64,000 bases of DNA. Origin: Octopus vulgaris. Taxonomy: Eukaryota. Location: assembly GCA_951406725.2 (NCBI GenBank), contig OX597823.1, positions 101,246,001 through 101,310,000 of the forward strand. Direction: 5' to 3'. The stretch's first letter is position 1; each line of letters opens with the position of its first letter. Below the pieces are notes generated by a model. That model was not told the origin of the DNA and did not search any database. It saw only the letters and a list, made by a program, of their open reading frames with translations. Below, in pieces: positions 29,285 through 42,294 of this stretch. Made by a program: the position numbers and the translations under genes.

Positions 29285-29316
29285 GCCGTCTTTTTTGACG
29301 GCATAGCGTCGGCTAG
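29285..29316 (+). mobile_element. Possible Helitron 3' terminus
   Basis: Hairpin GCCGTC-TTTTTT-GACGGC, then 10 nt, then CTAG|T. Confidence 0.45.
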
Positions 29317-29360
<44 letters not shown>

Positions 29361-29383
29361 TACATACATACATAATATATATA

Positions 29384-29424
<41 letters not shown>

Positions 29425-29435
29425 TATTATTATTA

Positions 29436-29912
29436 TATTGGGTTGGCAAGAAAGTAATTTCGATTTTTTAGTGCGAAATAAAAGTCATTTTGTTTTCATA
29501 CAAAGAAGGAACTTTAATCAATTATATATTTTCCATTTTGTTCGATGACCTTTTTGCCATCTCTCTGGTAACTTCATGGTTATGCGCTCATAGAACTTCT
29601 GGTCCTTATCAGCCAAGAACTGAAACGAGTGCGATTTTAGGTCATCATCATTATTGAAAGGTTTACCACTGAAAGAATTTTGCAAACCTCGAAATAAATG
29701 GTAATCTGTTGGCTCAGATCTCATAAGAGATCACTTTCCAACCAAATTCCAATAATTTTTCACGAGTTAGCAAAAACGTGAGTTGTTTAGTGTTGTCATG
29801 GTGGAACACGATTCCTTTATGATTTGCCAATTCTGGCCATTTTTCTTTGATTGCTTCCTCTAGTTTCATTAGTTTTTGACAGTAAACATCTGAATTGATC
29901 GTTTGCTTCCTT
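29436..29912 (-). mobile_element. Mariner transposon fragment (transposase C-terminus plus TIR)
   Basis: DYHLFRGLQN..GK.F..FYER...LPERWQK motif. TIR-like TATTGGGTTGGCAAGAAAGTAATTTCGATTTT. Confidence 0.85.
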
Positions 29913-30234
29913 TATGGAAATACAAAAGCAAAACATGGCGAAAATGTTTGTGTTTTGCACTCCATGTTAAAATTGGAAAAAGTGAATAAGCTCCTAAGAT
30001 TCAGAGTGGAAAACTACATCGATACACCAAATTTTAAAAATTTCACTTAACTTCAAAATTTCCACACGTGCAGCCAAACTGAACAGATACCATTATAGTT
30101 CTAGATATGTGCATATATAATTATATGCTAAACTTTTGGGATGACTTGTATCTGTAATCTAATAAGCATTACTTTTTTGTGATTTTGGTACTGAGGCAGT
30201 CTGTAACATATACTTGTGCCCCAATAATTAACGG

Positions 30235-30265
<31 letters not shown>

Positions 30266-30326
30266 TGTATGTATGTATGTATGTATGTATGTATGTATGT
30301 ATGTATGTATGTATGTATGTATGTAT

Positions 30327-30873
30327 GTCAGGTCACTTTCGAGTGCTACTCGTAACATGTAACCCAGTACAACCTGTTGCATGGTCGGGTCGTCGACGAC
30401 TAAACTGGCAACCCCACCAAGCTTGCTTGGTGAGGAGGGTGTTTATTGGACACTTTGCGGGATGAAAAACAAAACCCGTCAAAGGGCGGAGGAACTCTTG
30501 AGAGTCAACGGCTATCCAATAAATGTCTTAAGGATGTATCATGCATACATAGACATAATCGGACTGAATACCCGATCGTGCGGTTAAACCACTGGGAGTG
30601 AAGGACCCTAGCCTTTGTTAGGGCATCCCTCTAGGAGAAGGTAACTCAGGTAACTGGGATAACTCCGACATAAATCCTGCGGCTCAGTGGTTACCGATGA
30701 TGTTGACTTGTTCTTTTCGGATTATGGCTGCTGTTGCTTAGTGAGTGGGATTGACTCAGTGCACAGCCTTTCCTCATTTTGAAAAAAATCTTCTTGCACA
30801 GGCATTGCACGATAACAACATTGATTAAGCTTCGTGCAATAGCCATACTCGATAACGAGGGGACAGCCACCAA
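30327..30873 (+). mobile_element. Non-coding retroposon, probably an RTE-derived non-autonomous element, within (ATGT)n
   Basis: Flanked by (TATG)n on both sides. CCTTTGTTAGGGCATCCCTCTAGGAGAAGGTAACTC resembles RTE 5'-UTR motifs (recalled, not searched). Confidence 0.5.
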
Positions 30874-31086
30874 GTATGTATGTATGTATGTATGTATGTA
30901 TGTATGTATGTATGTATGTATGTATGTATGTATGTATGTATGTATGTATGTATGCATGCATGTATGTATGTATGCATGTATGTATGCATGTATGTATGCA
31001 TGCATGTATGCATGTATGCATGTATGTATGTATGTATGTATGTATGTATGTATGCATGCATGTATGTATGTATGTATGTATGTATG

Positions 31087-31117
<31 letters not shown>

Positions 31118-31130
31118 GTATGTATGTATA

Positions 31131-31544
31131 TTTTATCTTTATCTTTTATCTTTTACTTGTTTCAGTCATTTGACTGCGGCCATGCTGGAGCACCGCCTTT
31201 AGTCGAGCAAATCGACCCCGGGACTTATTCTTTGTAAGCCCAGTACTTATTCTATCGGTCTCTTTTGCCGAACCGCTAAGTGACGGGGACGTAAACACAC
31301 CAGCATCGGTTGTCAAGCAATGCTAGGGGGACAAACACACAAACACACACACATATACACACACATATATATACATATATACGACAGGCTTCTTTCAGTT
31401 TCCATCTACCAAATCCACTCACAAGGCATTGGTCGGCCCGGGGCTATAGCAGAAGACACTTGCCGAAGATGCCACGCAGTGGGACTGAACCCGGAGCCAT
31501 GTGGTTGGTTAGCAAGCTACTTACCACACAGCCACTCCTGCGCC
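31131..31544 (-). mobile_element. tRNA-derived SINE (family B, CORE-like) with a LINE-derived 3' tail
   Basis: Head GGCGCAGGAGTGGCTGTGTGGTAAG..GGTTCAGTCCC; CORE-like GGCAAGTGTCTT; tail GGCGGTGCTCCAGCATGGCCGCAG..CTGAAACAAG with TAAAAGA repeats. Degenerate copies at about 35280-35400, 38955-39100 and 58540-58765. Confidence 0.85.
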
Positions 31545-31822
31545 TATGTATGTATGTATGTATGTATGTATGTATGTATGTATGTATGTATGTATGTATG
31601 TATGTATGTATGTATGTATGTATGCATGTAATTATGTAAGTATATATGCATGTATGTATATGCGTGTAAACATGGATAGCATTGCATGTGAGAATCTGAA
31701 TTTTCTGATAAACTTATGGACACATATAAGTAATATAGTTCGTGGAAAAATTCAATCAGCCAAGATTATCTCCGCAATTTTAAAACAAAAACTTCCTTTT
31801 AAGTCTTAAATCATACATGCAA

Positions 31823-31853
<31 letters not shown>

Positions 31854-32688
31854 CGCTCAAAAATATACAACTTTTCGATTTAAAGGGAGATTTTTATCTC
31901 CAAATTGCAGAGATAATCCCAGTTGATAGAAGTGTTCCACACGCATATTAGTTTCTGTGTTTTTCTGTGTATACGTACAGATAGTTTAGTTAAGAGACAC
32001 AGATTCATACATGCATACATTACAAGTTTAGATTTATACCTGTTATTATTGGGTCCTCGGGATATGTAACACACTGCCTAAATACGAATCTTGAGAAATT
32101 AGGCTTCCCAAAACCAGAAAGGAGTAAGCCAATTCGAAGAGTACAGATCCAATCCATCACTAGAGCTGTAAAAATCTGTAAAATTTTCCAGAAGTTTATC
32201 ATTTAAATATTTATGGGCATGTTTAGATATGCAACTAAATGCATAAAAATACATTCATAAAGCAAAACATAAATCTGAATACATATATATACATACATAT
32301 ATACATACATATATACAAACGAAAATGCCCTGTTGTTGATGTTGAAATTCCATTGAAGGCCCCTTGGATCTAGGTGAGAAAGCGGCTCTATTGGTAAAAA
32401 ATCTTGAAATAAAACTGATCAATGACATACATACATACATACATACATACATACATACATACATACATACATACATACATACATACACACACACACAGGC
32501 GCATGCATAATCTACTCTTCGATTTTTAAAACTGTAGGATGTGATTTGGTCGATCGACTATGTAGTAGCACAGGGAAAGCTCTCCTTTATCCTCAGCCAC
32601 ATGCAATTTGTAAACAGCTGTTGATAATCTTTGGTAATTGTTTATAAGCAAATTAATTTCAGCTGTGCATTTACATTTACCATACTAA

Positions 32689-32738
<50 letters not shown>

Positions 32739-34165
32739 TTAAATAAAACAAAAATATACATCTGTTTAATATTGTCTGCTCATTTCGCGTCATAGCAACA
32801 ATACTTGTTAATCGAAATATAGTGCAAATTTGTATACTGGCTTGTAAGCATAATTTATACCTTTTCTCTTACAAAATACAATTCATTTAAGTAATTATTG
32901 TGAATAATTAAAAATCAACAATATAAAGACATTACAAAAAAGAAACATATAGTTATACCATGATTATAGAGTCATTTGATAAAACTTAATTTTTCTTTTC
33001 TATAAACTTGTGATTTTCCTCATTGAATTGTTGTTGCTTTGATCTGATCGTAGGTTAGTTCTGATCGAACCGTGACCATTCAGTCTTCTTATGAGTGTAA
33101 TGTGCACTTTTTTTTATGGCGATCGGGTTTGATTGAATCGGCGATTTAGTTGCTATTTCTTGCGGTTCATGTAAATGTCTCTTGCTCTCTTATGCACAAT
33201 GAGTTGTTGCTGCAGCTGCTGGTGTTTAACTGTAGATCAGCTCAGATTTAGGGAGATTATGATGAAGTATATTCCAGTTATGACAATCCTGCCTTTTTGG
33301 AAGTATGTCATCAACTAGATGATATGGTATGTCCTTTCCTGAACTACTATAGTGTAAGTTGAGGGAGATTATTTCACGTCTATGAATCTAGGAATGGATA
33401 TGCATGCTATTGTTCTGATTCTCGCTGCTTTGCTTGCCAATAATAATTTAATATCAGCTTGGCAGGGCCCAACAGGCATCAGTAAATGTTTTGTATACAT
33501 GTTTTGATTGATAGGGACAGTTATTTTCTTCTAGTTCCAGTGTTCTTGGTGTTGCCTGTCACTGAGGAGACACAACAAAGCCGAAATACCGGTGCCTGAT
33601 ACACCCCCGACTGGAGCAAATTCATTTCTCATGCACGTCGTCTACAGGGAGAATTAGTTCTCCAAAGTCGAAATCTAACAAGGAAAAGACATGTTGTCAT
33701 TCAAATCTGGCGAAAGTGTTAATAATGAACATACATATCGTTGTTTGGATTCTTGCAAGTTCTGCCTAATCAGAGATGACAGCGAACTAAACAACAATAA
33801 CACAGCGAAAAAGTGAAGAAGATGGATTCTTTTCACGAAATACTCGCGGCTTTGGATTCCCAAGGAATTTACTTGAGAAATGTAACACTTCAGTCCAGTG
33901 TTTAAAGAAAATATTTGAAAATTTTTCAGACAGCCGATTCACAAGTATCATACATTAAGTTAAAAGTGGCGTGATACAGATTATCTTATTATTATTGCTG
34001 TTGATGTTTTTGTTGTTGTTGAAGTTACTGTTGTTGTTATGTACATATATTCATATGCTCTATGTAAACTATTTATATAAATGGTTTAGCGAAGAAACAT
34101 ATTTACAGAAAAAATGTACAAAAACACATGTACACATGCGCCCATTCACACGCGAACTCACACGG

Positions 34166-34221
<56 letters not shown>

Positions 34222-34341
34222 ATGAATACATGTGTGTATGTGTAGTCACATACTGTCAGTTATGAACAAACTTTTTCAGACGCACAAATGCAGAGATATT
34301 CACAGGATTATTTACATATAAGGAAGTAATAAGAATATATG

Positions 34342-34373
<32 letters not shown>

Positions 34374-34618
34374 CATAAACACATACACACTCACACATAT
34401 ATATATATATATATATATATCATACTTACAATATACATTATATATAATTTGATACAAATATATGCGTGTGTGTATATATGTATGAATATGCATATGTATA
34501 TATACATGTGTGTATGTACATATAACGTATATGTATATGTGTGTATGTGTGTATGTATATATATATATACACACATATATATATATATACATATATATAT
34601 ATACATACATATATATAT

Positions 34619-34684
<66 letters not shown>

Positions 34685-35423
34685 TCATTATCGCATACAC
34701 AGACATACACGCCCACATACACATACACACACGCATATTTATAAGAAAGATGGAGTAAGAGAGAGGGGTGAGAGAACGGAATAGAAAAGAAGGAAGATAG
34801 AATATTATGTGCGCCAATAATTGTGTTTTAATGTGCGTCACACAATGGAAACAAGAGAGCTTCTCATTGAATTAATGCAACATAGAGAAATTCTTGAGAT
34901 ATTCATCAAAATAATATCAACAAAAGACAAAATAACAAAGCACAATAAACAAAAAATATAAACAAAGAAACGAAAGAAGTAATAACAAAGTGCTAACAAC
35001 AAACAAAAAAATGTCCTTCCTTGTTAAATTCGGAATAAGGTGGGCGTACAGCATGTCTGTGAATCGTCAGTAATGTCCGATCTCATATGGCCCTTGACAC
35101 AAAAAGAAAAGAAGAAAGAAAGCGGACATAAATGAATGTCCTCCATATTTGTTGCATATCTTAAACGCTATACGCACGCAGCTGTAATCTGGGAGCGCCA
35201 TCTTTGACGTTTCCTAGTTGCTGCTGTAGCTTAAAAGCTATATAACCGTCTGTTGTTTACATACTGAAAGAATGTTTGTATAGGTGCAGGCGTGACTGTG
35301 TGGTTTAAGAAGCTCAATTTACAACCACATGGTTCCGGGTCCAGTACCACCGCGTGGCACTTTGGGCAAATGTCGTCTACTATAATCCTGGTCCAGTGAG
35401 TGAAACTGAAATTCAATCGTTTG

Positions 35424-35457
<34 letters not shown>

Positions 35458-35483
35458 TGTATGTATGTATGTATGTATGTATG

Positions 35484-35545
<62 letters not shown>

Positions 35546-35546
<1 letters not shown>

Positions 35547-35890
35547 TTTATTTAAAGCAGCAGAAAATTCAACAAAACCTGTTACTCTGAGTTTCACGTT
35601 GCCGTTCATCGGACAGTTTTTGCTAGAATAGAACCGATATGTCAATTCTATCCAGACTAGTATAAACGCTACACCTTTAAAAATGTAAAGGTGTAGGGTT
35701 TATACTAGTCTGGATAGAATTGACATATCGGTTCTATTCTAGCAAAAACTGTCCGATGAACGGCAACGTGAAACTCAGAGTAACAGGCTTGGTGTTGAAT
35801 TTTCTGCTGGTTTAAATAAAGCATATTACTCTACCACTGGTATTTGAGTACTCTCTTTTCCACCTTGTTTCACATTTATGAGTTTACTTC

Positions 35891-35892
<2 letters not shown>
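35546..35892 (+). mobile_element. Fold-back PLE remnant: inverted terminal-repeat pair plus 3' tail, in (TA)n
   Basis: Arms 35546-35679 and 35686-35821 are near-perfect reverse complements with a 6-nt loop. A 70-bp tail follows to 35892. Confidence 0.85.
35749..35786 (+). ncRNA. Minimal type I hammerhead motif; mirror copy at 35579-35616 on the minus strand
   Basis: CTGT CCGATGA ACG-GCAA-CGT GAA ACTC-A-GAGT A ACAG, with a GUA cleavage triplet. Confidence 0.75.
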
Positions 35893-35927
<35 letters not shown>

Positions 35928-36539
35928 ATATAATATAATATAATATAATATAATATGATATAATATAATATAAATAATATATATATATACACACATATAT
36001 ACATAAGTATTTATATAGGTATGCATGTATAGGTAAGGACGTCACAAAACATAAACATGAAATACGAAAATAACGTTGGGTACGAAAAGAACGAAAGAAA
36101 CAAATGGAAAACAAGACAAGTAAGAAACGACCCTTCATCAGTTGTCGGCTGTCCTTCTACTCCTTATTTCGAGCAATGAACGACAAGATAAGTTTTTGAA
36201 GGCAGTTGCTCTCGCGAACCAAAATAAAATTTGGGATTTGTGGAGGGTCAAAGTTGGTAGAAAAAATAGGACATACAGGATCTACTTTCGATCTATTTTG
36301 TCCCGGTTCATCATTTATTTAGCATTAGGTTAGAGTTTGAAATGTTTGTCAAAAGCCGAGCATTTGATCACAAAGTTTAGTATTTCACCAGAATCGATAA
36401 AATAATGCCAATAATTGCTTACCAATTCCATTGAGTCATTGAATCTACTGCATATATGTATGTTTGTGCGTGTTTGTGTGTGCATGTGTGTGCGTGTGTG
36501 TGCGTGTGCGTATGTGCATATGTGTGTATATATACATAG

Positions 36540-38435
36540 GTATGCCAAAGAAACAGCTACGGCGCACTGTAGGATAGGTTCACTCCTTGAAAAGGATGGC
36601 ACACTCACAGAAAATCCAATGAGGGTAAGTGAAATACTAAATAAGCAATTCAAGAGTATTTTCACTCCACCCCTAGGGCATTTTCAAGTCAGCAATCCAA
36701 CTGACTTCTTTACCACTGCAGATATAAAATCAGAGGCAGCGATGATTGATTACATCAATATAAAGGAAGACGATGTAATAAAGGTTATTGATGAAATGAA
36801 AACAAACTCAGCTACTGGCCCCGATGGATTCCCAGCAATCCTTCTAAAAGTATGTAAGAGAGTCCTAGCAGGACCACTGCAGTTCCTCTTTCAGAGCTTC
36901 CTTGCAACTGGTAAACTCCCAAGAAAACTGAAGGAAGGTAAAATATGCCCTATTCATAAAGGAGGTAGAAGAGCAGAGGCCAAGAACTACAGACCTATCT
37001 CTCTGACCTCACACATCAGCAAGGTCATGGAACGAATAGTCAGAAGGAAACTAATCACCTTCCTTGAAGAAAATGACTTGCTGCCTGACACCCAACATGG
37101 TTTCCGACCAGGAAGAAGCTGTTTAACTCAGCTCCTACAACACTATGACTGGGTGCTGAAACGACTGCTCAACCACTCAAATGTGGATGTCATATATCTC
37201 GACTTTGCAAAGGCCTTTGATAAAGTCGACCATGGAATGATATGTCACAAACTGCGTGATCTTGGCATAGTTGGAAAATTGGGAGAATGGCTTCATGACT
37301 TTCTGAAGGATAGAAGTCAGGTGGTAGTAGCCATTAACACGCAAATAGTGAGCGGTGTTCCGCAAGGCACTGTTTTGGGACCACTACTGTTCAAAATGGC
37401 TCTCTCAGACATACCCTCAGCCACGCAGAGAGCCATGATCACAAGTTATGCAGATGATACAAAAGTTTCACAGGCAGAACCCTGAAGACATTAAGAACCT
37501 TCAATGTGAGCTGGACAAAATATACAAGTGGGCTGAAAAGAATAGCATGCAGTTCAATGCTGAAAAGTTTCAAGCTTTATGCTATCAGCATGCAAAACTA
37601 AATGCAATACCCAATAAATACACTGGACCTGGAGGGATTGCAATCCCAGAGGCACAATCAGTGCGAGACCTGGGTATTTACATGAGTGATAATGCAACCT
37701 TTCATGTGCATGTTGCTAAATTGGCAATGAAATGTAGGCAGCTGACCGGATGGATTCTTAGAACCTTTAGAACAAGAGACCAGGAAACCATGATGGTCCT
37801 CTGGAAGACACTTGTCCTAAGCCACTTTGACTATTGCTCTCAGCTATGGTCACCATCCAGTGTCAAGTTAATCACAGAACTTGAGGCGATCCAACGAAGC
37901 TACACGAAGAAGATAGCCTCTGTGCAGCATATAAGCTATTGGGAAAGACTCAAGAGACTGAAACTCTATTCCTTAGAGCGTAGGCGAGAAAGATATGCCA
38001 TAATATATATCTGGAAGATCCTAGAAGGACTTGTCCCAAACTTTGACATCGAGAGTTACACAAATGCCAGATCTGGGCCCCACTGCACAGTGCCAAGGAC
38101 TCCAAATTTGCCATCAAGATGTAGGACAAGATACTGTGATAGCCTGGGCTTCCGAGGGCCACAGCTCTTCATTATCCTCCCGAAGAACCTAAGAGACCTG
38201 CATGGGGTGGATGCAGATGTCTTTAAAATAAAACTGGATCTCTTGTTGCCAGGTGTCTCAGATGAACCAACTTCACGGCAGGAGGTGCAGATGAGGGCAG
38301 CTGCATCGAACTCTCTCATGTACCAAATGGCAATTGCTAAAAAGCATTCGTGAAGTAAAATCATGTAGCAACACCAAATGGCGGTGCCCCAGCATGGCCA
38401 CAGCTTGTGAGCTGAAACTAGATAAAAATAAAAAA
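36540..38435 (+). mobile_element. 5'-truncated CR1/L2-group LINE with most of the RT domain and an intact 3' end
   Basis: ATGPDG, NYRPISLTS..SKVMERIV, QHGFRPGRSC, YLDFAKAFDKVDH, SGVPQGTVLGP and YADDT motifs. Frameshift near 37480; stop at 38353. Confidence 0.92.
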
Positions 38436-38594
38436 TCAAAAAAAAAAATCATATATCATATGTATATATGTATAAGTTAATCATACCAAGGATCTATATT
38501 CATTTAAGGGATGTTTGCATAGTATATTATATTGATTTGAATATCTTTTGAATAACTGACGTCTATATGTCAATTTCTCCATTTTCTTCTTTGA

Positions 38595-38638
<44 letters not shown>

Positions 38639-38798
38639 TATATATATATTGACCATTCTTTTGTGTACACCTGCAAGTAAATGTGCTTCACTGATGAGAA
38701 CTAAATGACCGTTTCTCAACCTCACTTTGTGTCACGCTCAACTTCTATACCCCACACTCCTAGAAAATCGTGCGCTCCACTATGAATGGACAAAGTAT

Positions 38799-38888
<90 letters not shown>

Positions 38889-40182
38889 CACACTCACACA
38901 CTCACACACACAAACACACACACAAAAAAATACATACATACATAACACACACGCGCGTAGCTGTGTAGTAGGAAGTTTGCTTCCCAGTCACACGGTTCCG
39001 GATTCTGTGCCACTGCGTGGTACCTTTGCCAAGTGTTTTCTATTATGGAGTTGGACCGTCCAAAGCTCGAGTAGTGGGTTTGGTAGACGGAAACTGAAGG
39101 GAGCTTTGTGTCAAAATTTTAAAGCAATATTAAGAAGTTCAAGCCTGGCGTCACTCGAGAGCGTGTATGGCTGGACAGCAAGTACTTTGCTTCTCGTTAA
39201 CTGCCTTAGATGCATATATAGTTTCAAGCAGACGAACGTCTCTCTTTTCTTAGCCATGAACCAGTTGCGGCAGCACCCACCTGGTATTCGTTATAGCTTA
39301 GAGCAACAGGAAATGAAATGGCATGTTGAAAGACACAGTACACCGACAGGTTCAAGAATTTATGACTTTATGATAACATGTCAAACAACCTAATCGTGCC
39401 TTCACCTATTCGACACACGATGCCTTCACGTGCCTTCACCTATTCGACACACGATGTAAATCGAAATTTGATTCTCAACGTAAAATATACTGGAGATGTT
39501 TCTCATCAGTGGCGGCAAGTGCAAGAAAGTAATCGTCGTCTGCTGCAAATTTCGACCTACAGCACTCAGAAGATTGGTCTGATCCCAAGGAAGGTGCCAA
39601 AGAGAATAAAAAAAAAAGAAGGAAAATGTAGATGGCTATGCTGTGAGAACGAGGAAAAAACACAATTCTTACAATGTTATCGTATTTTAAACCATTGTAA
39701 ATGAAATCTATTCCCCCTCATACACAGATATAACCATGATTTATACAGCACCACAATTACATATGGAATATGACATTTTCTTTCTTCAAATTTAATTCGC
39801 CTTTGAATGTAATAGACTATTAATATATTCAATTGAATAGACTATTTCCTTTGAATTTAACTGGCTATTATTTGAATTTAATAGACAGTTACTTTAATAT
39901 ACATGACACAGACCTGTACTGAAGAAGCTTGAAAAGTCGAAATGTGTATAGAGAGTGTCAGATAAAGTGTTGAAAAGAACAGTTAGTTATCTACTGATTT
40001 CATAGGACGAAAAAAATTTTTTTCGGTATTTTTTTAAATGATGATGTGTATTTTCATATTCAACGTCTTTTTATTTTTATTTTAGAAAGGTTGTGTACAC
40101 ATACATAGAATTTGGTAAGGGTGATAAATCGTTTCCCCATCTCTATCTTTCACGCCTTCAGTCTGTTCTTCTCATATTCAGA

Positions 40183-40264
<82 letters not shown>

Positions 40265-40421
40265 GTATATATCTTATATATGTATTTAGATATGTATGTA
40301 TGTATATATGTATGTATAAGATAACTTACATTTAGATAACTTAGATATGTTTCGACCAAAGATTGGTTCAGGCCATGTCTAACTTAATAGCACCACCTGA
40401 TAGCATTATTCGAATCCTGTT

Positions 40422-41345
40422 TAAGTCAAGTTTTGTTCAAGTAGTGAGTTCTTGTTGGGTGAGTTGTATCAAGTTTTGTTCAAGTACTGAGTTCTTGTTG
40501 GGTGAGTTGTATCCAATTATGGGTGGCTTGTCTGGTATTCTTTGAAGGAATCTATCGAGACTCCGTTTAAAGTTGATGGGATCCTTTTCCTCTTTGATCT
40601 CCCTCGGGACAATGTTAAATAGGGCAGGGCCTGTTGAGGAAAAGAAATTATGTTGCAGTGTACATGTATGTTGTGATCTTGAATTGGGCAGGGGACGTAT
40701 GGCCCGTGGTCCCAGTCTTGAATGAACCTTGAAGCTAATGTTAAGGTCGTTTGGGCAAAGTTGGCGGTATATTCTCCACATCGTACAAATGATGTACCGC
40801 TCACGGCGACGCTGGAGAGAGTAAAGTTTCAAGGCTTTAAGGCGATCCCAATAATCGAGAGCAGCCATGCCTTCAATTTGTTTAGTGAGTGCCCTCTGGG
40901 GTGACTCAATCCTGGAGATGTTTTGTCTTGTATGGGGAGACCACAGTGGGCAGCAGTGTTCAAGGTGTGGCCGTACAAAGGAGGAGAAAAGTGGTATGAT
41001 GACACCTTGTTCTCTGGACCGGAAAGTTCTTAAGATCCAGGAACTCATCCTACGAGCTATATCGACCTTCTTGTTGATGTGTGCACTCCAACTGAGATCG
41101 TCATCAACAATTACACCCAGGTCTCTGATATTGTTGGAGGCTGTGAGCGGTTCCCCTGAAGGAAGAGAGTATGGTTGTTTTAGTGAGGAATTTCTTCCAA
41201 AATGCATCAGCTCAAATTTTCCCTCATTCAGTTGCATTTTGTTTCTGTCTGCCCATTGACTCACAGCATATAGATCAGACTGGAGTTGAGTTCGGTCTGC
41301 TTCTTCATTGACGATTTGCTGGAGCTTAGTGTCATCAGCAAATAT
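40422..41345 (-). mobile_element. 5'-truncated CR1/L2-group LINE of a second subfamily
   Basis: IFADDTK, MQLNEGKF, RDLGV, WILRTF, VRPHLEHCCPLWSP and YWDRLKALKLYSLQRRRERY motifs. 43-bp tandem duplication at the 3' end (40426-40511). Confidence 0.88.
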
Positions 41346-41390
41346 TTATATATATATACATACATACATATATATATATATACATATATA

Positions 41391-41768
41391 TACGAAAGGG
41401 TACCCAAAAGAAACCGGAATTTTGCAATGTTATTTTATTCACTTAGTTTTACATGTTTACAGTTTTATGGCCTTCAAAGTATTCTTCATTTGAAGCACAG
41501 CATCGTTCCAAACGTATTTTCCACTGTTTGAAGCATGTTGGAACTCTTGCGGAGTGATACCTTTTAACACCTCCGTCGTTTTTTTCTTCACTTCTTTCAC
41601 ATCTGCAAATTCCATAGCACCAGCTTTTGTCACCAGTGATGACCTTCGAAACAAGTCCGGATCAACTTCCAACTGTTCTGTTAGTTTACAATACGCATAC
41701 AGTTGTGACTGCTTTTGATCTTCCGTAAGCAAGCGAGGCACAAATTTTGCTGCAACACTTTTCATTCG
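41391..41768 (-). mobile_element. Internally deleted mariner fragment
   Basis: AAKFVPRLLTEDQK and an ITGDESW-like motif. TACGAAAGGGTACCCAAAAG terminus next to (TA)n. Confidence 0.8.
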
Positions 41769-42294
41769 CAGTTATTAACCACAAGTTATTTATCGATAAT
41801 TTCTTAGTCGATTGGCGTAATTAAATTAAATGAGGATCATTTCAAAACCGTAAAAATAAATTAATTAAACTGGGTGGCACAATATTTCTATTTTGCGCAC
41901 GTGATAATTGTATGATAAAAGACTTATCATACAATTCTACTAAACCTAAACATAAAAATTGGTGCAATTTACTGCCCGACGCAGCTACATAACATAAACC
42001 AAGATTATTACCGAAAATATCAATAATTCTATATGTGCTTACTTCGTATTAAAAGTGAGAACATGCTTTATGTTTAGTCTTGAAATTTAAAATATTTCCC
42101 AAATCTTATACACTTTCACGTGTGGCCCAGCACGAAACATTGCACCTTTTGGTCATTGATTCTACTTTTCAATGTGCATGTATATATCTATGGGAATGTA
42201 TATACGTATGTACGTTTGGGTATGTAGATATATATATATATATTTATGGTGCGTACTGTCGTCTGAAATACGCAAAAATGAAAATAACACTGAC

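Noticed and set aside
36125-36175. Minus-strand CGAAA...CTGATGA permuted hammerhead
   Set aside because: I could not form convincing stems I to III.
38691-38725. CTGATGA hammerhead core
   Set aside because: No GAAA follows the putative stem II and there is no stem I partner.
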